Shown one piece after another: positions 39,241 through 53,324 of a stretch of 64,000 nt of DNA (positions within the stretch are counted from its first letter, which is position 1; each line of letters begins with the position of its first letter). A program made the translations under genes and the position numbers. A model generated the notes under the pieces. It searched no databases, was not told the DNA's origin, and saw nothing but the letters and a program-made list of their open reading frames with translations. Source of the DNA: Ylistrum balloti (Eukaryota). The DNA lies in assembly GCF_031769215.1 (NCBI RefSeq), contig NW_026781911.1, forward strand, positions 310,001 through 374,000, read 5' to 3'.

Positions 39241-40379
39241 TTTGATAAAGTAACTATTGGTTCACTCTTGTCAGTTTAATGCGACCGGGTTTGGTGTTCT
39301 GCCTGCTGGGGAGGCATTCGGTAGTAAGAAATGTAAAGCTTACTATCAAATGAGGCTTACGCATACGCCGGGAGACCATACCTAAATGAACCTAGTGGTT
39401 TATAGAAAGTTAAGCAGTATAAGCTCTGATTATCAGTATAAATCTCCCTAACAAATTGTTCCGATCATCGAACTTTTAGTACGTGTTTAGCCCTTAGAAA
39501 GATTAAACGATGAATTAACTAAAACAAAGTTAGGACCGATCTCATAGCTAACATATCACTAAATCGATAAATGTGTACCTAATGCACTTCTAACTTGGTG
39601 ACAATCGTGACATCCATAAAGAACATGTAATTTGTACCTTGTCACTTCGTGTTATCAGCGCTAAGTAAAACATGATTTTATTTGAAAGACAACCCGACAA
39701 TGTTCTATATATTGACCGAGCAACGAATATCATGTGTTTAGTATATCTGCATTGACTAGACCAACGCAGATTTAAGGTGCCTTATAATATCAAATGACAC
39801 CAGGGTTCTTCATTATATATTTTTTTATAAATACATAGTGGATTTCCATTTTTGCCTTAACAATTTTGGTAAGTTAAAATAGCATGTTCCATGACGAATT
39901 ATTGTGCAATCAATAGATATGCTAATAAATCCACAATTAAATGAAGCTTACACGGATGTGTGAACGTTCTATTTATTGGCCTTAAGTAATATATTCTGTA
40001 ATAAAATCGTTAAGTTCTTCAAAAGATGTTTAAAATTTCGGGGAAATGTTATTTTTTTGCTATAATTAAGATATGTTACAGTAGACGAGCAATTTAAATA
40101 AATAAAAACAAAATTAAATTTGATTGAACCAAGAAAATTATGTTTGTTTGGTGTTATTTGGTGTTATTTATTGAATAATAAATGACTGTTTGGAAATGAA
40201 ACATATAATATTAGTTAATACTTTGAATAAAGATATAAAAAGAGATGTCCATGTTTCGAATGTTCAAAAGTAAAGACTATGACTTCATATATCCAAAACG
40301 CAAACACTGTATATCCATGTAGGTTATAAGAGTGAATTTAAAACAATTGTGTACAAAAAAAAACACTTATATGTCCTTA

Positions 40380-40700
40380 ATGTGTACCAACAGAACATTA
40401 TAAGTCCTACCTAGCACCAACAGAACATCATGGTTTCTAAATGGCACTGACAGAACAATATACGTCCTTAATGGCACAGTGTATAGATAAACATTGAAGG
40501 TGTTTAATGCATATCAATTAAACATAATAGGTCCAAATTGTACCAAGTTGAGAATATTACAGTTTCTAAATGGCACGAACAGAAAGCTATACATCCTAAC
40601 TGGCACTGTGTACATATAAACATTATAGGTCCTACATTTGTACCAATAGAACATTATAGTTCCTACATATATACCAATAAAGTCACACACGTGCAGTGGT
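40380..40700. repeat. Old, diverged tandem repeat of about 30 bp
   Basis: Recurrent accaacagaacattata...cctac / atggcac motifs. Confidence 0.6.
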
Positions 40701-43700
40701 ATACCCTTGGAGATAGATCGTGGATGCATATAAAATGTCAGTTTTAAGTTAGAGAGACATTTCCTTTCCTTAAAGACATTTGCTAAACAATTGTGTGATC
40801 ATATTCTATAAATCATACAACTGTTAGAATTGCACGAATGATGCATTTAAGAACGCACCTGTTGAATGCAGGTTGCTGGTGTTGAATTTGTCCTACATTT
40901 TATACTTTAAAATCTGGTTAAGGAGAATTATAAAGTCTATATGTAGGCAACTACAAGGATACTTAAGGTGACATTGTTTATTTACATCTTGTAATGGCGT
41001 GTAAGATTTCTATTAATTCTAAGTTTCCAGCGTGTTTTGCAATTGGAGATCTTTTACGTTGCCGTAATTGTTTTATTATTTTAAACATGTATATCAGGGT
41101 GAATATACACCGACTTAACTCCTAATATATTCAGTTGCGCAACGTTCATAAAGTACATTGACCCTGGATTTTCCTTTTTGCAAAAAAAAATTTAAAAAAA
41201 TAAAGAAAAAAAGTAGATAAAATTGATAAATAAAAAATGTATCCAATGGGACCGAGCAAATACTATTTCATCTATCTATCTATCTATCTATCTATCGATA
41301 CGTAGGAGTCAAAATGTCATAATCTATATGAAACAGTACGAAATAACAACAGAGAGACAACGGGGCAATACTGTTTATCTACTGGGAATCCTGCTTTTAT
41401 ACGTCCAGTAACAACACGTAGATTATAATCGTGATTAAGCTGGGCAATGTCATTGTTACACTATTGTGATATATACGTTTCACACCAGCCCTGAAAACCC
41501 CCTATATATCCTAGACAGAATGTAGAATCGAGATATTTATATCCATGTCCATGCCCTTCCTTGTCTAAACTGAAAATTTTCGGTCGTGTACAATGGTAAA
41601 ATATGTTGTCAGCTGTTCTAGAAGGAAGCTCGATTTTTTTCCTCTGTATCCTCGATTCTTCGATATAGCAAAAGCCAACGAAAACATACTCCACACTTTA
41701 TAATCTAGTAAAACAGCTAAAATTTCTTTTGGCTAAATGACAAATGTATTATCAAGATGAAAGGCTTAAAACCTTTTAGCTAATGCTGCATTAAAAAAAC
41801 AATCTGAGTCCCAGCTGAAGAACACGGTACCATAAACTGAGTAAACATACTTCAGTAAAGGCATAAACATATTATCGTAAACAACTATTATGTGACACTA
41901 TGTTTATGGGTTAAAGGATCTCGGTACAGGTGAACTTGTTTACAGTCTGACCGATATAAAACAAGTGAGGTGTTGATTGACCTTCTTTACTACATCCGGG
42001 CTATTTCAGTATCCTTCTTGGAAAGGCTTTCATGTACAGTTACTTAAGAAAGGATTGTACGAAATATATACCAGTGAATAAAACATTTCAGTACAAATCT
42101 ACTACAGATTAAATTATAGATTGTTAAAACTTAAGAGGCGATATAGAAAAATCAATTTTTCCGGAACTAGATGTGCTTATTCCATCAATTAAAATTAATG
42201 ATTTTCAATTTTGAATAATTTCAGAAGAACGTCAAGTACATGTATATATTATTAAAACGTAGCATGCAGACTGTAAGCAAAATTTTGAGACATGCCTTAT
42301 CACCTGCAATGTCAAAGAACTGTACAATAACACGCAATGAAATATAACACTAGACATCATTGGCAGCTGCAAGAAACAGATTAATTCATAGTCCGACTAT
42401 CGCTCCTACTGTATCATTGACACGTCTTTATGGTCAGCTTACTTCTTCATATACTTTGTATCTTTAAAGTTTGATTTCTGAGTGTGACTTATAGTGTGTT
42501 GACTAGTTAGGCATATTTCGTATTGGTTTTTTTGACGATTTAGTATATTTATAATGTTGGTGTATTTTTTTATGTTCGAGCATCTGATGTATATTATATC
42601 AACGAATGTTTTGGTATATGTTATGTCTGCTGTGTGTTGACATTGTGGTGTACCGTGTTTCTGTGTGTTAACATTATAGGATATTTTGTGCTGACATTAT
42701 ATTTTGTCCTCTGTGTTTAATTTAATATTTCAGGATTTGCTTTAATTATTGATCTACTGCACTGATTACTATAGTCATCAATAGTTTAACAAGACGATAC
42801 CCATAAGCTTTACCTATGTACGTGATGATACTTTCTACAGGTGTACATATTTTTCGACTTCGTAACAACTGTATTCATATTTTAAATATATCATGAGTAA
42901 ATGCTTGTTGTAGGTGTATTAACGGAAATCCAAAATTTCAGATTATGAATTTCTATAAAAGTAACTGTAATGCGAAACAATTTTATACATGTATTAGATT
43001 ACGTGTATGCCTTAACAACATCATAAATGAAAAGCAAATTTATTTATATTCATTCTAAATATATTGTATAGTGCAATTGCAAATTTTACTTCTGAACAAT
43101 TTCATTGTGTCTTTAAATAAAAACATAGGGAATCCCGTATACTATTAATAGATTTGTGATTTACACAACGTTATTCAACATGTATGATCTTTCGATTCTA
43201 TCCCTGGATTTTCTGATAAATATTTCACTGGAAATGAAAGGTAGGTTTGGCGATTTATATGTGATAATACCGTATGGTTTTAAGGTAATCTTTCAATATA
43301 AACGTCCTGTTATGGCGGAAATCCTGTACCAAGTGAACAGTCGTCATGTGTAATCACACTGTGTACACACGTAAACACACGCCACAGAAGTAGCCGTTAT
43401 GATGTCATATTGATAGACAAATTTACTCTATCTCTGTAGATAAAGGAACAATCACAGGTCAAACATGTATATCCTCTTTGTTGAATGACCATCAATTATC
43501 CTCTTCTACGTCTTTATAAACATGTACTAATGATCACTCGGTGCACCTAAAACTCCTCTGCGGGTCATCCGGTACACCTGTGGGGGAGATCTGGCGCCTT
43601 AAAGACAGCTTTCTTGATGTGGGATCTATTATTTTTAGACTAACTACGTAGAAATGATTCATTATTTATGATTTCACTATTGTAACCATTGATAACATCA

Positions 43701-43844
43701 TTGAAACATGACTTCAGCAACATTCCATTTGACTATTTGAACAGGTTCTAAGTTCTAGGCCCTTCTGTCTACAGTAATAACAGCACTGGTGACATCATAA
43801 TATGCCCTTATATATTTTACAATATCACAAAATTTTGCAATGGC

Positions 43845-44170
43845 ATCATAGCCCTCTCTCGACCATGTTTTATTACACTTTTATAAAAAAAAAAACCACT
43901 CAGCCCTCTGTCAACAATATCTTCTTTAAATTCATGAAGTTTATAAAGAGTAATGACAACTAGCATAACTCTCTACTGACAATATTTACTATTTTTATTA
44001 AACATTTGATAACAGGTGACAATATCCCTCTATCGACAATGTTTTATTACAATTTGAAATAAACGTGATGACAATTTACATAACCCTCTATTGACAATAT
44101 TTTATTAGTTATATATAACACGTCATGTCAAATTACAATAGCCCTCTATTGACAATATTTTACTGAGATT
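43845..44170. repeat. Old, diverged tandem repeat of about 58 bp
   Basis: Recurrent atagccctctattgacaatattttatt at roughly 58-bp spacing. Confidence 0.65.
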
Positions 44171-45484
44171 TTATCAAAACAACTGATGATAACTTAATAA
44201 CCTAAAATCAGAATCGTTTCCCACTTAATTAATTTTTAGTAATAATTTTTTCTGTATTCAGCTGGTTTTTAAGCAGATGAATGTTGAATGTCATACTCTT
44301 CGTTTTCTTTTGACAAGAAAATCAGTGAATGAGTGATGATACACGTTAGATATTTGGTTTCATATCAAGGTATCAAGAACCTTAAGTTCAGTGAATATGT
44401 TATAGGAGTGTTGCTCTAAGCGTCGAATCATGTCCAGGATGTATAACATAAGATGCAAATAAAAGAACTGAGATTAAATTCGTTTATCCGGATACTCAGT
44501 TAGATTAGGGATCTACCATCAGATGTCATTAAAGGAAAGTAGTGTCCGGGTCCCAAATCCGGCAGCATTTGCTGTATTTGCTGTTTCATCGTCACAAAAT
44601 TACCACTGATAGTGTATCGACGTTGTAATTGACATTAGTCAGAGTAATAGTTCATTTTACCGAGTATTGTAATGTACGGAAATAATAACTATATTTAAAA
44701 ATTGTAAAATTTCCAAGTCCAATCTTGCATAAAGTATATCTCAACAATGAGTGTGGTTGTGGTTCCAAAAGAAAAAAATTAATGACCCATGGAGGTGTTG
44801 TGGTTAATTCATAACTACGCCTTCAGTTAAAGGAACATTAGTGTCTTTATGTCTGTTTTTAGTTATATCTGTCTAGACACTGACACACCCTTGAGAAATT
44901 TAAAGATCGAAACCAGCAAAAATATATTCTGGAAACAAGAAATCTTAGAAACATATTCTAGATACAAGCACAAAACTTACAAATATGTAGAAATATATTG
45001 TGAATACATATATCAGACTTAAAAGAAACCTACGCATCACTCCGTTGTCCTGGAAGGACGAAATAGCTGTATGATGCATTTTACTTCATTATTTGACTCC
45101 ATCTAACTCTAAATTTATAAGTGTTTTTACTCGTATGTCTTTTGTATCATATTTTACCATTAGACACGATAGCATGTTCCGTTTGCAAGCATAAATCATG
45201 TTGCTTTACAGGAAACGCACTTACACTAATATTATCGTTCTTACAAGTAGGTAGGAGTAAATTACTGTCAAATATAGCAACATCCTTAACTGCCATTTCA
45301 CTGTTAAGTTATATCATCGTTAGTCTTGTTTCTATACCATACAAGGAAAGAGGAATTGAAATAATAAATAATAATAGGCCGCTATGAATATTCATTTCAT
45401 TTTGGGATATGAAACTGGTCATGTTTTATGCTCGTAGCATACTTGTTGGTTACCGTTTTCTCATTTTTTTCACGTTACATTTCT

Positions 45485-45835
45485 TAATTGGACAGATCAA
45501 GATTTACATGTCGGGTGTCATTGATGAAACAGAATACGCTCATTTCAGGTCTTATTCTCCTGTTTCTGGAATCTCCGAATACTTTTATTCATATTGTTTA
45601 TAATTTCCCATAATCTTATTGAATGAGTATTTGAATTCCGGTTCTTTATATCCGGGTTTATATACAGTGAGGTTTTCGGACGAAGTTATGTTGAGGTCAT
45701 TGAATAGCAACAAACACAAGTTTGTATTCTCCGCCATATTTGTTTGTTGACGGATTTGTTCCCATTGACAAGTCAAATTATCTGAATAGCTGATTCTAAT
45801 AATGATAACTACTATTTTCATCCATGTTTTAATGT
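45485..45835. mobile_element. Highly decayed PLE fragments: + strand 3' tail next to a - strand RT remnant
   Basis: 45490-45550 resembles the tail at 30585-30650. The minus strand reads NQLFR* and KPGYKEPEFKYSFNKIMGNYK, similar to SQLIRY and QGY...F.KF.G.Y. Confidence 0.45.
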
Positions 45836-47411
45836 TCAATAAGAATATTTAAGCATGGATGTATAAAGAGTGAAACAATGAACAACCTATATATGTGAGT
45901 GGTATTTTAAACACTGAATGAAGGCAGCGTAATTTTATGTAGCTATTGTCGTTCTTAAAAGGGATCATATGCCTAGAACCAGCTATTGGAACTATTTGTC
46001 AAACAAACCATTAGCAACCAGCATTGGTGTTATATATGTGGGAGGAGTCTTGTACATGTTGAGATGCAGAACCGGCTCTGTGTTGACAACGTACTTTGGG
46101 TGTATTTATCATATCTTTGTGTAGGTAAACTTAATGCATGAAGTGACTAAATATCTAGTTATAGAACTGTATACTAGAATGTGTGTCACGCTAAATATAG
46201 ATATTGTAATACACGCATTGACATATACAATGATAGTTCCCAGTTCAATACTAATCATTTTCGCTCTTGAACATGTTCCCTTTGTCTGTGCTGAAAACAT
46301 ATCATTAATTTGGTATCCAAAGGGAACTACATACATACGTCGTCATGAAAAGTTTCAAAACGTGTCTGTGAAGCCGTCATGTTTTTTTATTTACTATATT
46401 GATAATGTGAAAATACTGTGGATAAAAGCGACTCATCCATTTATTTTAGGGATTAGAACCTTTCCATTTTTAATTGGTTCCACGATTATTTGAATACTAG
46501 CATAAACATTCATACCAATAGAATTTTAAGTGTGGATAATCAACACACTGCACAGACTTGCCATTACTAATAAACAACCTTACCATGTAAAATCAGTTAA
46601 TTAGTAAGAGTAATATGTCGCTACGCCTTGTAAAAATAATATGCCTAACGACGAAGTAGTCAATATAAATCGAACATATTGTGTACAGAAATATTGCCAT
46701 TCTTATTCCCATACTGTAAATTTCCTTTTCTTCTGTAATACGTGGGACGGTGTTACAGATAACTGTAATATAAATCAGAACAGTATACTAGTATTGCATT
46801 TGGTGGTAGCGAGATAAAGTATAATTTACTGACTGAATAAAAACTGACAAGAGCAGGAGAAACCATCTTTGATCCTTTTCTCAACCTGTTAGTAATATAT
46901 TCACACATAATCCTGGTCACAGAGCTTTTAATGGTGGGAACGAAATTTATTTTCGCCTGTATTTCTTTCATTGAGATATCACTAAATTGGAGCAGGCTCA
47001 TTTTCTGGTCTTTAATAGTCACCTTTTAAGCGCATAAGACGAATCAGATGAATAATAACTTCTAATTACGTTTAGATGAATACAAATACATTGGAACTTT
47101 TGTCAAATATTTGCCAAATTGTTCGAATTAAACAATGTATATCTCCGAAGAGAAAGGAACGACAGTTAACTATTGATAATGCCCACAAAATACTTAAGCA
47201 GTAACATTACGATCACCGACTTTGATATGTAAAGACAATTATAGCTGAATAAGTTTCCAAACCAATCTTGCATGGCTTTTCCATTTTCAGAATTTTCAGA
47301 ACAGCATACCAATTATAACAACTCGTTAAGAACATCAAAAGGCAAACACTTTGTAGTACAAAATAATGACAAAGGGCAGCTCAGAATAGCGACCTCGGCG
47401 ACTTGATGTGA

Positions 47412-47672
47412 TGTCTAAATTGGTTAATTCAACATTTAAGCCTCTTCAAGGACAGCAATTGTTCTCTACGGTCATGTTGCAAGGCAAACCGTGTCATAGT
47501 CCATGTCCGTTACTGTAGGAATCAGAAAGCGTGTTATGTTTGTAAAAAAGTCATTGTGCTATTCGTTCTTCATGCTGAACGCTGTGAAGATGAAAAGTGC
47601 GCTGTACTTTGCAGCCATAAAATAAAAACCAAACTGAGGCGTGACAACATGAGACGAGCCAATTTCCAGTGA
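47412..47672 (+). pseudogene. Stand-alone CBP/p300 TAZ2-like zinc finger, probably a pseudogene
   Basis: Stop-to-stop frame CLNWLIQHLSLFKDSNCSLRSCCKANRVIVHVRYCRNQKACYVCKKVIVLFVLHAERCEDEKCAVLCSHKIKTKLRRDNMRRANFQ*. The three H-x3-C...C...C zinc sites line up with TAZ spacing. There is no upstream in-frame ATG and two Cys ligands appear lost. Confidence 0.8.
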
Positions 47673-49011
47673 AGAAAGGGTAGAGCTACTGAGCACAGAA
47701 CCAGTCTGCCAGTCTTGTCCCCGGACACACCATTTCTATAACAAAAACACGCAGGAAGCACACCCTGAAGGCATGGAAAACAGAAAAAGCGTATAGAAGT
47801 TGAAAAAAAACCTGAAGTTGTAGAGAAGTAACCCTACAAATGGAGATATGGTGCAAGGTGCTCGACAAGATACAAAAGGAGACAAAACTGGTCGGTGCGT
47901 GTTTGTCAGCATATCAAGTACAGGTATTATTTTAAAAAGAAGTGGAAAAATTGACAAAAAGTCTTGAAACATCCTTAATTTGACGCTGTAAACATTTACC
48001 TTCTATATTTGTATGAGATCGGCAGATTTTTATTGCTATTAACGAAAATACCTTACATACATTATATATTAATAATATTTTCTTGATCTTGGCAATCAAT
48101 TCCGCCATCAATTTTCATATCGGAGAGTGACCATTTTATAAAGTAATATTTGTATGACATATATTGTCATTTTATCTTCTGCATTTAAAACCTATATCTT
48201 ATTTATACGTTTTATCTCAACGCATTTATGTCATCCACAAATTTGCTAAACATTAAGCCCGAGGAAATGTCTTAGTTCATAATAGCTTACAAAGATATAC
48301 AATAGCAATGGCGATATTTCATTGCAATATTTGACATCCTGCAATGCATGACGCCAAGTTTGTAATATTATTTAAGATTGTGTCAAACTAATGTATAGAA
48401 AGTTAATTAAACCAGTTTTTAAGAACAGCATATGCATTCTGCAGCCTTTTGAAATAAATACTAGACAAACTTATTCATTATTAACCAGACATAAATTTTC
48501 AATCGCTTTTGTGCAAAGTAGATTTTATAGAATATAAGAATTGTAATGTTTTTGTAGGTTAAACAAAGTTAATTCTAGTTATTGTTCTTCACATGGATTA
48601 CATAGGTTGTTTTGTCTGAAGGCGTCTCATAGATCTATTGTTACTTGACAGGCAATAGAATTGTGCTAGAATTATGGACATGCATCTGATTATGCCACAC
48701 GTCAATAGGCACACATTGTCCGATATTTCCCCTATTCATTTTTGCGGTTTGACCTGGAAATCAATTTTCATATATATATGATATTCTGGTTTTCGTCTTT
48801 GAGAAGTGAAGTCATACGTAGGAGTGAGGATATCCATGTGTCGGATTACCTTGGGAGGTAGACAGACCAGTGTCGATATCTATCTATACATGTATTGTAT
48901 CATTAATTAATTTTGTCCATATATTCTTGATTTCTTCTGTCATTCATGAACATGTGTCAAGGTTTAACATGTATAATATCAAGACTCGTACTTTATCAAC
49001 ATGAGAAATGT

Positions 49012-49125
49012 GTGGTCGGGTGACGCATTGGTAATACACATGCATGTACCGGGGTTCGATATCCGGCAGGGCCGTGAAAAGGCAATGGGTCATTAACCTG
49101 ACAACGTGGGTTTTCCTCGAGTTCT
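49012..49125 (+). mobile_element. tRNA-derived SINE head with a V-SINE-like core start
   Basis: A-box-like tggtcgggtgacgcattgg, B-box GGTTCGATATCC at 49053-49064, then cgtgggttttcctcgagt. Confidence 0.5.
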
Positions 49126-49261
49126 GTTTCGCATATGTTTTATAATGAATAGAGTCTGTGGGTCTCAGAGCTTTTGTGTGCGCGTGTGTGTAATATCATA
49201 TATAAACGTAATACATATACAACGTGCATTTGTTCGTTAGGATCCAGGACATCAATGTTAC

Positions 49262-49408
49262 NNNNNNNNNNNNNNNNNNNNNNNNNNNNNNNNNNNNNNN
49301 NNNNNNNNNNNNNNNNNNNNNNNNNNNNNNNNNNNNNNNNNNNNNNNNNNNNNNNNNNNNNNNNNNNNNNNNNNNNNNNNNNNNNNNNNNNNNNNNNNNN
49401 NNNNNNNN
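49262..49408. other. Assembly gap (147 N)
   Basis: Run of N. Confidence 1.
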
Positions 49409-50324
49409 TTCCACTATATACAATGCTGGAAAAGAAAACGATTAAAGAAGCATGGACAACACACTTGTATATTTAAGCCATATTTGACAAAAATAAGATG
49501 CTTGGAAATAAAGCTATTACACAATATTGTAAATTGTTTAAATCATGATTTAAATCATGTAAGTGTAAACAGCCTTTGTCCGGAATTTCTGGGAACGAGT
49601 TAATTTGGTTAGTATACCAATGTTTACATTGATCAGAATTTCAATTAATCTTGAATTATGGCCTTGTATACACCTGAGCTATTTTAATGGTCTATAAATA
49701 CACTTCAACAATAGAAGATATATATCAATAGATACTAACACAGTGTATCGGATCATCTAGAACAATACCGACACCAATGAACACTGCCTAATGTGTAACT
49801 GTTGCTGTATACCAGTAACAATATATGTTTATCGTTATAAATGTATTGCCAATATAGAGCGTGCATTTAACATGAAATGTTATACTTTTGTCGTTTCATT
49901 CATTGCATATGGCATAGTTTTATTCTTTTGACATTATATAACCAATGTATATGTCACTTAATTGCTTTCTCGTGTTATTTGTTGATAACATTATTAAATG
50001 TATTTATATGTATCTTGCCAAGTTTATAGATAAGTAGGCCGATACTATTTTCAGATAACTTTATTATCCAAAATGATGGAGGTCTGAAACATACAAAAAG
50101 TAGCATTGTAAATAAAATCAACTATCTGTTGGTAAGACATAAGTAATAGACTAACAAGTACATAATCCTCTAGTTTATTTCGTTATATTGTGACTCATTA
50201 TGTGCCTTTGGCCGTGTATCATATTCTGTTGTTATTGTATTATGTATGGTGAACATTTTCACTCGTATAATACACTTTTGTCATTATATATATGTATGTG
50301 TCATTACATGATCAGCATGTATAG

Positions 50325-50575
50325 CAACCAAGGCAAAATCACCAGACAAAAGCATAAGACATACCAAAGACAAAATCATCAGAAAACTCCTGGATGAAAT
50401 CACTAGACGACCCAAAACAAAAATCCCGCGACAAACCAGAGACAAAATCACTTGACAAACCAAAGACAAAATCACTAGACAAATCCAGGACAAAATGACT
50501 AGACAAATTCAGGACAAAGCCACTAGTTAAACTGGGACAAAATCCCTAGACAAACCAAAGACAAAATAACTAAAC
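50325..50575. repeat. About 22-bp degenerate tandem repeat
   Basis: Recurrent acaaaatcactagacaaaccagag-like units. Confidence 0.8.
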
Positions 50576-51324
50576 GGCAACAATATATCATTGATATACA
50601 CTATTTAAAAGAAAAAATAAACGACTTTGCAAAGTCTTTGTGGCCAGTTTTGACAAGATCTTAGATAAAGTCAGCCCGGTATGAAAATGAAAACAAGTCG
50701 ACTAAAAGAAGGTGCGCCATTTTTTCCCGATAGTCTATTGGAAGATTTTAGCTGCAAATTTGGAGAAGATATTGCCAGCCAGAAATTCCTCCAATGCAAA
50801 AATATTTAAAGCGATATAAAACTCACAGTTAGCGGAAAATTATGATCGGTATTACTTTCAGTTTTGAATTTGTCACAAGGTTTCGTTTTGTACATCAATG
50901 TCTTTCAAGCCTTCCAATGACCTCGAGTTTAACATGTGCACTGGGTTTTATGTTTTCCTCCATTGAAATGAATATTGACAAAGTAATGAAACATCTATGT
51001 TATCTATTATAAATTAAGCTTCACTGCGGCTGCGCGCAAGGGGTTTTTAGAAAACTACACAAGTAGAGTTTCAGGAGAGGTTCCAGGAAAATCTTTGCTT
51101 TCTCCTCTGTATCGACGTGTTGTATTCTAAATAAATATCTAATTGTTAGTTACTATTGCTGCCGATGTTTTATCACGCTGTAGTCTATAAAAACGTGAAA
51201 AATCAGTGCTGTGATGCCATTACAATCGGTTTATTCTAGCAATGATGATACATGCGTAACGTAGCACACGAGTACACTGTAGCAATGGTTATATGACGTT
51301 TTGGTTTTGAGAAATCTATACAGT

Positions 51325-51370
51325 ATATATATATATATATATATATTCTATAGATTGAGGAAACTAACCA

Positions 51371-51402
<32 letters not shown>
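51325..51402. repeat. Two (AT)n microsatellites
   Basis: Read directly from the sequence. Confidence 0.9.
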
Positions 51403-51406
<4 letters not shown>

Positions 51407-51824
51407 TAAACTGTATTTTATTTTGTGAAATGACAGTACAAAAGTATATATATATATTCAGAAACTACAATGTACTTATATGTACTTATACATTTTTTTT
51501 TTATCTTTTGATATCTGGGGGAATATAAAATATCCCATATTCTACTTTTTTAAAAAAATGTTGTTTGATTTCATTACGAAACGGGCTTTATTTCATATAA
51601 AGCTATCACTGATGTACAAAATTATGAACCATGAACAACTTTAAATATTATGCAATATCAACTTCAAAGTTTATCTTTCATGTGAGGTTTAATAAATCTG
51701 TTAATGTTGCTCAATTCACTAGTCCCGCGTGGGATGATATATGTAAGAGGTAGATACTTACAACTTGTATCATGGTATCCATGTGGAAGGTATTTTAATG
51801 AGTTTTTAGAAACACCAAAGATAA

Positions 51825-52790
51825 AACTGAGGTACTTAATAGATCATCAGGTTGAGTTAGGTACTAAACAGGGTGAAATGAATTTGAGTTAGGTACTTAA
51901 TAGATCACCAGATTGAGTCAGGTACTAAACAGAGTGAAATGAATTTGAGTTAGGTACTTAATAGATCATCAGGTTGAATCAGGTACTAAACAGGGTGAAA
52001 TGAATTTGAGTTAGGTACTTAATAGATCACCAGATTGAGTCAGGTACTAAACAGGGTGAAATGAATTTGAGTTAGGTACTTAATAGATCACCAGATTGAG
52101 TCAGGTACTAAACAGGGTGAAATAAATTTGAGTTAGGTACTTAATAGATCACCAGATTGAGCCAGGTACTAAACAGGGTGAAATGAATTTGAGTTAGGTA
52201 CTTAATAGATCACCAGATTGAGCCAGGTACTAAACAGGGTGAAATGAATTTGAGTTAGGTACTTAATAGATCATCAGATTGAGTCAAGTACTAAACAGGG
52301 TGAAATGAATTTGAGTTAGGTACTTAATAGATCACCAGATTGAGTCAGGTACTAAACAGAGTGAAATGAATTTGAGTTAGGTACTTAATAGATCATCAGG
52401 TTGAATCAGGTACTAAACAGGGTGAAATGAATTTGAGTTAGGTACTTAATAGATCACCAGATTGAGTCAGGTACTAAACAGGGTGAAATGAATTTGAGTT
52501 AGGTACTTAATAGATCACCAGATTGAGTCAGGTACTAAACAGGGTGAAATAAATTTGAGTTAGGTACTTAATAGATCACCAGATTGAGCCAGGTACTAAA
52601 CAGGGTGAAATGAATTTGAGTTAGGTACTTAATAGATCACCAGATTGAGTCAGATACTAAACAGGGTGAAATGAATTTGAGTTAGGTACTTAATAGATCA
52701 CCAGATTGAGTCAGATACTAAACAGGGTGAAATGAATTTGAGTTAGGTACTTAATAGATCACCAGATTGAGCCAGGTACGACATAAGATA
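51825..52790. repeat. 61-bp satellite (dimer of 30-bp and 31-bp subunits), about 16 copies
   Basis: Unit tgagttaggtacttaatagatcaccagat + tgagtcaggtactaaacagggtgaaatgaatt. Older degenerate ~31-bp monomers continue to about 53320 and resume at about 55645-55715. Confidence 0.95.
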
Positions 52791-53324
52791 GAATGAAATT
52801 GAGTTAATTAATTAAAGTTAAGTATTAAATATAATGAAATGAAACTGATACAAGTACTAAATAGTATGACAGAAACTGGGATAGGTAGGTACCAAATAAG
52901 ACGAAATGTAACTGAACTAGGTACCTATTAAGAAGAAATGAATTTGAGCTGAGTACTAATTAGGACCAAATGGAATTGAATTAGGTACAAAATAGGATGA
53001 ATTGAATTGAGTTGGGTTCTACACAGAATGAAATGAAAATGGGTAAGGTACCGAATAAAATGAATTAATTTTAGTTAAATACTATTAAGCTTTGGCAGGA
53101 ATATTTTTAGTTTCAAGCTGGTATGAAAGAAAACCTAATTTGCAAACTGAATGAATGCGTGAGCTAGGTACTAAACAGGATGGGATGAAATCGAGTTATG
53201 TACTAAATTTTATGAATTAATTTGAGCTAAGTACTAAATAGGATGAAATGAAATCTGGTAAGATACCTAACATGAATAATGAATTTGATTTAGGTACTAG
53301 ATACGACGAATACATTTGAGTTCA

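Noticed and set aside
49174-49476. ORFs containing X runs
   Set aside because: They are open only because they cross the N gap.
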